Shown piece by piece: positions 35,034 to 39,457 of a stretch of 39,457 nt of DNA (positions within the stretch are counted from its first letter, which is position 1; each line of letters starts with the position of its first letter). Both the position numbers and the translations under genes were made by a program. Under the pieces are notes generated by a model. The model saw nothing but the letters and a program-made list of their open reading frames with translations, did not search any database and was not told where the DNA came from. Source of the stretch: Sphingobacteriia bacterium (GTDB lineage: Bacteria; Bacteroidota; Bacteroidia; Chitinophagales; Chitinophagaceae). The stretch covers positions 1-39,457 of the forward strand of contig JAYTXG010000121.1 in the NCBI GenBank assembly GCA_043743375.1. The letters run 5' to 3'.

Positions 35034-35915
35034 TTATCCCTGTAAAGCAGCAGCTCCACTAACAATCTCCGTTAATTCTGTTGTAATGGCAGCTTGACGA
35101 GCACGATTATAACTAATTTTAAGTGATTTCAACAATTCGTTTGCATTTTCGCTAGCCTTATCCATTGCAGTCATTCTTGCTCCGTGCTCACTAGCATTGC
35201 CATCCAATACTGCTTTAAATAATTGTGTATTTAATATTTTTGGCATCAACTCTGCAATCAATTCCTCCTTGGCTGGTTCAAAAATAAAGTCTATTTTTTT
35301 CTTACTAACTAAATTACTCACTTTAGGAATAGGCAAAAATGGTTCGGCAGTATAAGCTTGTGTTCCTGCATTCTTAAACTCACTATATATAATTTCTATT
35401 GCATCAAACTCTTTGTTTTCAAAAGCTTTCATTGCAGATTGAGCAGCTAGTTGTACAGCTTCAAAATTTAAGTTTAAATAAATGTCTTTAAATTTAGGAT
35501 TTGTTTTATACCCAGCTTTTGTAAGTACTTCAAACCCTTTTTTGCCAATATTCCATATTTCAACATTTCCTTTTTTCCACTGCGGTTCGTATTTTTCTGC
35601 AACTGTACTTTTAGCTAGTTTAGCAATATTAGCGTTATAGCCACCACACAAACCTCTATCACTAGTAATTACAATTAATAGTACTTTTTCTATAGTTCTC
35701 TCTTCTGCCAATGCCAATGTCATTCCGCCTTCAATGCTACTAACTATATTGCTCAACATTTGTTGTAATTTTTTGGCATAAGGGCGCATCTGTGTGATGG
35801 AGTCCTGTGCTCTGCGTAATTTGGCCGCACTTACCATTTTCATTGCTTTGGTAATTTGTTGGGTACTTTGTACACTTTTAATTCTAGATCTAACCTCTTT
35901 TAATTGACCAGCCAT
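35034..35915 (-). CDS. atpG: ATP synthase F1 gamma subunit (stand-alone gene)
   Basis: QITKAMKMVSAAKL, TSDRGLCGGYN, SEHGARMTAM and YNRARQAAITTELTEIVSGA. Confidence 0.98.
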   Translation of the reverse strand: MAGQLKEVRSRIKSVQSTQQITKAMKMVSAAKLRRAQDSITQMRPYAKKLQQMLSNIVSSIEGGMTLALAEERTIEKVLLIVITSDRGLCGGYNANIAKLAKSTVAEKYEPQWKKGNVEIWNIGKKGFEVLTKAGYKTNPKFKDIYLNLNFEAVQLAAQSAMKAFENKEFDAIEIIYSEFKNAGTQAYTAEPFLPIPKVSNLVSKKKIDFIFEPAKEELIAELMPKILNTQLFKAVLDGNASEHGARMTAMDKASENANELLKSLKISYNRARQAAITTELTEIVSGAAALQG

Positions 35916-35948
35916 TGTTAATTGGGTATAATGTTAGGAAAGGGGCTG

Positions 35949-35956
35949 CAAAAGTA
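35949..35956 (-). promoter_or_regulatory. Bacteroidota -7 promoter element for atpG (TACTTTTG)
   Basis: TAnnTTTG match on the minus strand, 33 nt upstream of the ATG. Confidence 0.7.
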
Positions 35957-36074
35957 GCAGAAACTGTACTATTTTCCAATACAAACTTGGCATATTTACT
36001 GCGAATGTGAACAGTTTAATTCTATCAGATATAACCAATTGCCTAAACTGGTTCATTGGTCTCGTTCAAAACCT

Positions 36075-36082
36075 TACCTTTG
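36075..36082 (+). promoter_or_regulatory. Bacteroidota -7 promoter element for secA (TACCTTTG)
   Basis: TAnnTTTG match 90 nt upstream of the secA ATG. Confidence 0.65.
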
Positions 36083-36172
36083 CCAGCTCTTAAATAGGGT
36101 GTCAAATTGACTAAAAAGTAATTTTTGCACGCTGTTTGATAAAATCATTATTCATATTATCGCTATAACTAT

Positions 36173-39100
36173 ATGTTGAAGTTTATTTCTAAGTTATTTG
36201 GGGGCAGTAAAAGTGAAAAAGATGTGCAAGTCTTAATGCCTATTGTTCAAAAAACAAATCAGTTTTTTCAGCAATATCAAGCACTTTCTAATGATCAGCT
36301 TCGAGCTAAAACGGTTGAGTTTAAAGATCGCATTCAACAACACTTGGCTTTGATTGATGCCGAAATAAATGCTAAAAAAGTAGAAGCAGATGCTTTACCA
36401 GAGGCAGATATTCACAACAAAGACCTTATCTACCAAGGAATTGATCAACTTAAAAAAGAACGTGATCAGCAAATTGAAGTGGCGCTTTCAGCAATCCAAC
36501 CAGAAGCTTTTGCAGTAATCAAAGATACTGCTCGCAGATTTAAAGAAAATGAAATAATTACTTCAACCGCAACGCAACTAGATCGAGATTTAAGCGTTCG
36601 AAAAGAATATATTACCATTGCTGGAGATCAAGTATCATTTAAAAACACATGGATGGCAGGTGGTGCAGCTGTTTTGTGGAATATGTTGCACTATGATGTT
36701 CAGCTAATTGGTGGTAGCGTTTTGCACCAAGGTAAAATTGCTGAAATGGCTACTGGTGAAGGTAAAACGCTGGTATCTACTTTGCCAGCTTATCTAAATG
36801 CATTGGCAGGTGAAGGTGTGCATATTGTAACTGTAAATGATTATTTAGCAAAAAGAGACAGTGAGTGGAATGGAACCATTTTTGAATGGTTGGGATTAAC
36901 TGTTGACTGTATAGATAAGCATGAGCCAAATAGTGAGGCAAGAAGAAAAGCTTATTTAGCTGACATTACTTATGGCACCAATAATGAATTTGGATTTGAT
37001 TATCTGCGTGATAATATGGTGCATAGTCCAGAAGAAATGGTTCAACGCAAACACCATTTTGCAATGGTGGATGAAGTTGATTCTGTTTTAATTGACGATG
37101 CGAGAACTCCTTTAATTATTTCTGGTCCTATCGGCTATCAAACAGGGGAACAACAATTCTTTGAATTAAAGCCAAGGGTAGAGAAATTAATAGATGCTCA
37201 AAAAAGAGCAACACAAAATTTTTTGATAGAAGCTAAGAAAAAAATTGCTGAAGGGAATGATGATCCTAAAGATGGAGGGTTGGCTCTATTCCGCGCCCAC
37301 AGAGGATTACCGAAGAATAGTGCATTGATAAAATATTTGAGTGAGCCGGGTATGAGGGTGAAATTGCAAAAGACAGAAAATTTTTATCTGGCCGATCAGC
37401 AACGTGAAATGCCTAAAGCCGATGAAGAACTTTATTTTTATATTGATGAAAAAAATAATTCAGTTGAACTAACTGATAAAGGTATTCATTTGATTACAGG
37501 ATCAGGGGAAGACCCTCATTTTTTTATACTACCAGATATTAGCTTAACACTTGCCGCAGTAGATAAAGATGCTTCCTTAGAGGCAGATCAAAAATTACAC
37601 CAAAAAGAAGCAATCATTAATGAATATTCTGTAAAAGCAGATCGAATTCATACAACGCAACAATTATTGAAAGCTTATACTTTATTTGATAAAGATGTTG
37701 AGTATGTTGTTTTAGATGGTGGCGTTAAAATAGTTGATGAGCAAACCGGTCGTATTCTTGATGGACGAAGATATTCTGATGGATTGCATCAAGCAATTGA
37801 AGCTAAAGAAAATGTAAAAATTGAAGCATCTACTCAAACCTATGCTACAGTTACATTGCAGAACTATTTTAGAATGTATCATAAGTTGGCTGGTATGACG
37901 GGTACTGCAGAAACAGAAGCCGCAGAGTTATGGGATATCTATAAATTAGATGTAGTTAGTATTCCAACTAATGTGATTGCCATAAGAAAAGATGATCAGG
38001 ATTTAGTGTTCAAAACCAAGCGTGAAAAATTTGGAGCTGTCATTGATGAGATTCAACAACTTACTTTTTCTTATACCAATTTTAAGTGCGAAGGTGATTT
38101 GGATAAGAGTGGAAAATTTATTCCCAAATTAGATTCTGTGGAGAAATTAATTCCCATTTTAGATGCAAAAGGGAATTTAATTCCTGACCTAGATCCTATA
38201 ACTGGTGAATTAAAAAATAAAACGCCTCGCCCAGTTCTTGTTGGTACAACTTCAGTTGAAGTAAGTGAATTATTGAGCAGAATGTTGCGCCAAAAGCAAA
38301 TTCCTCATAATGTATTGAATGCTAAGCAGCACGCGAGAGAAGCACAAATTATTGCAGAAGCAGGTTTGCCTGGAGCAGTTACCATCGCTACAAATATGGC
38401 TGGTAGAGGTACAGATATTAAACTCGGACCAGGTGTAAAAGATGCAGGCGGATTAGCAATTCTTGGAACAGAACGCCACGAATCGCGAAGGGTAGATCGA
38501 CAGTTACGCGGACGTGCTGGAAGGCAAGGTGACCCAGGTTCTTCATTGTTCTTTGTTTCATTAGAAGACGATTTAATGCGCATGTTTGGTAGTGAAAGAA
38601 TTGCCAAAGTGATGGACTTTGCAGGGTATAAAGAAGGAGAAGTAATTCAGCATAGCATGATTACCAAATCTATTGAACGTGCACAACGTAAAGTAGAGGA
38701 AAACAACTTTGGAATTAGAAAGCGTTTGTTGGAATATGATGACGTAATGAATAAGCAACGAACTGTTATTTATTCAAAAAGAAATCATGCTTTATTTGGA
38801 GAAAGATTGGCTTTAGATCTAGACAATGCTATGTATTCTGTAGCAGAAAGTTTGGTAAGTGCTTTTAAAGAACAAAATGATCACGAAGGTTTCCGTTTAG
38901 CGGTGATAGTAAATTTTGGAATTGATTCATCTATAACATCAGAGGAATTAAGTAAGACTCCAGAAAATCAATTAACAGAAAAATTATATACTGAAGCAAT
39001 AACAAATTATGAAAGAAAGAAACAGGATATGATGGTACAATCAGTTCCTGTTTTCAAAAATATCAAATTACAACAAGGTTCTCAGGTTGATAATGTAATT

Positions 39101-39457
39101 GTTCCTTTTACAGATGGAAGAAGGGATATGCAGGTTTTAGCTAATATGGAAAAAACCCTGAAATCCAAAGGTGCAGAGCTTTTAAATGCATTGGAAAAAT
39201 CTGTAACACTGGGCTTTATTGATGATGCTTGGAAAGAACATTTACGTTGTATGGATGATTTAAAACAAAGTGTGCAAACTGCCACTTATGAGCAAAAAGA
39301 TCCTTTGGTAATTTATAAAATGGAAGCTTTTGATTTGTTTAAAAAAATGGATGGTGAAGTAAATAAAGATATAGTTCAATTTATATGTCACGCTGCAATT
39401 CCATTGTCGGAAGGAGATGAGTTAAAAGAAGGTCATCAATCCAAAACAGACATGAGT
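36173..39457 (+). CDS. secA: Preprotein translocase ATPase SecA (3' end outside window; absent from the ORF track)
   Basis: ATG 36173 (MLKFISKLFGGSKSEKD). In-frame motifs HYDVQ, MATGEGKT, VTVNDYLA, DEVDS, GMTGTA, RPVLVGT, ATNMAGRGTDI and ERHESRRVDRQLRGRAGRQGDPG. The same frame is open at the window end. Confidence 0.97.
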   Translation, partial: MLKFISKLFGGSKSEKDVQVLMPIVQKTNQFFQQYQALSNDQLRAKTVEFKDRIQQHLALIDAEINAKKVEADALPEADIHNKDLIYQGIDQLKKERDQQIEVALSAIQPEAFAVIKDTARRFKENEIITSTATQLDRDLSVRKEYITIAGDQVSFKNTWMAGGAAVLWNMLHYDVQLIGGSVLHQGKIAEMATGEGKTLVSTLPAYLNALAGEGVHIVTVNDYLAKRDSEWNGTIFEWLGLTVDCIDKHEPNSEARRKAYLADITYGTNNEFGFDYLRDNMVHSPEEMVQRKHHFAMVDEVDSVLIDDARTPLIISGPIGYQTGEQQFFELKPRVEKLIDAQKRATQNFLIEAKKKIAEGNDDPKDGGLALFRAHRGLPKNSALIKYLSEPGMRVKLQKTENFYLADQQREMPKADEELYFYIDEKNNSVELTDKGIHLITGSGEDPHFFILPDISLTLAAVDKDASLEADQKLHQKEAIINEYSVKADRIHTTQQLLKAYTLFDKDVEYVVLDGGVKIVDEQTGRILDGRRYSDGLHQAIEAKENVKIEASTQTYATVTLQNYFRMYHKLAGMTGTAETEAAELWDIYKLDVVSIPTNVIAIRKDDQDLVFKTKREKFGAVIDEIQQLTFSYTNFKCEGDLDKSGKFIPKLDSVEKLIPILDAKGNLIPDLDPITGELKNKTPRPVLVGTTSVEVSELLSRMLRQKQIPHNVLNAKQHAREAQIIAEAGLPGAVTIATNMAGRGTDIKLGPGVKDAGGLAILGTERHESRRVDRQLRGRAGRQGDPGSSLFFVSLEDDLMRMFGSERIAKVMDFAGYKEGEVIQHSMITKSIERAQRKVEENNFGIRKRLLEYDDVMNKQRTVIYSKRNHALFGERLALDLDNAMYSVAESLVSAFKEQNDHEGFRLAVIVNFGIDSSITSEELSKTPENQLTEKLYTEAITNYERKKQDMMVQSVPVFKNIKLQQGSQVDNVIVPFTDGRRDMQVLANMEKTLKSKGAELLNALEKSVTLGFIDDAWKEHLRCMDDLKQSVQTATYEQKDPLVIYKMEAFDLFKKMDGEVNKDIVQFICHAAIPLSEGDELKEGHQSKTDMS
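38099..38215 (+). repeat. In-frame 30-bp (10-aa) tandem repeat inside secA
   Basis: LDKSGKFIPK / LDSVEKLIPI / LDAKGNLIPD / LDPITGELK. DNA units start at 38099, 38129, 38159 and 38189. Confidence 0.85.

Noticed and set aside
38054-38227. Intein or intron as the explanation of the SecA insert
   Set aside because: It is far shorter than a mini-intein, lacks the terminal His-Asn followed by Cys/Ser/Thr, stays in frame and is internally repetitive.
38305-39285. Minus-strand ORFs at 38305-38607, 38573-38758 and 39082-39285
   Set aside because: They are antisense shadows of secA, which the ORF track omitted because its stop lies outside the window.

Overview
AT-rich, densely packed chromosomal window from a Bacteroidota bacterium, probably Chitinophagaceae-like. 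This is inferred from the fused ccoNO, TAnnTTTG -7 promoter motifs, A-rich start regions without Shine-Dalgarno sites, a GLPGLI-family gene and the Bacteroidota-type PurM and SecA. It begins with a cbb3 cytochrome c oxidase cluster (5'-truncated ccoI, DUF2892, ccoS, ccoNO, ccoQ, ccoP, ccoG, ccoH, DsbD_2-type gene). Next come an outer-membrane beta-barrel/GLPGLI pair, glgB, DUF2807, an orphan histidine kinase, a membrane-anchored coiled-coil protein, holA, ribF, purM, ftsE, two GT4 glycosyltransferases, smc and prfC. The last part holds a DUF1800-DUF1501 operon, mdh, a thioredoxin-like gene, an MlaF-like ATPase, lysA, scpB, a stand-alone atpG and a 3'-truncated secA. Two real genes are missing from the ORF track: ccoQ and secA. 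I saw no rRNA, tRNA, CRISPR array, transposase or prophage gene. The most notable observations are: (1) a ~51-aa tandem-repeat insertion in SecA NBD2; (2) the uncharacterised DUF1800-DUF1501 operon, with a Tat signal on one partner only, its own promoter and a palindromic operator candidate; (3) a CcoP with a duplicated signal-peptide+TM N-terminus; (4) several degenerate 7-8 bp intergenic repeat arrays. All family assignments come from motif recognition by eye; no database search was run.
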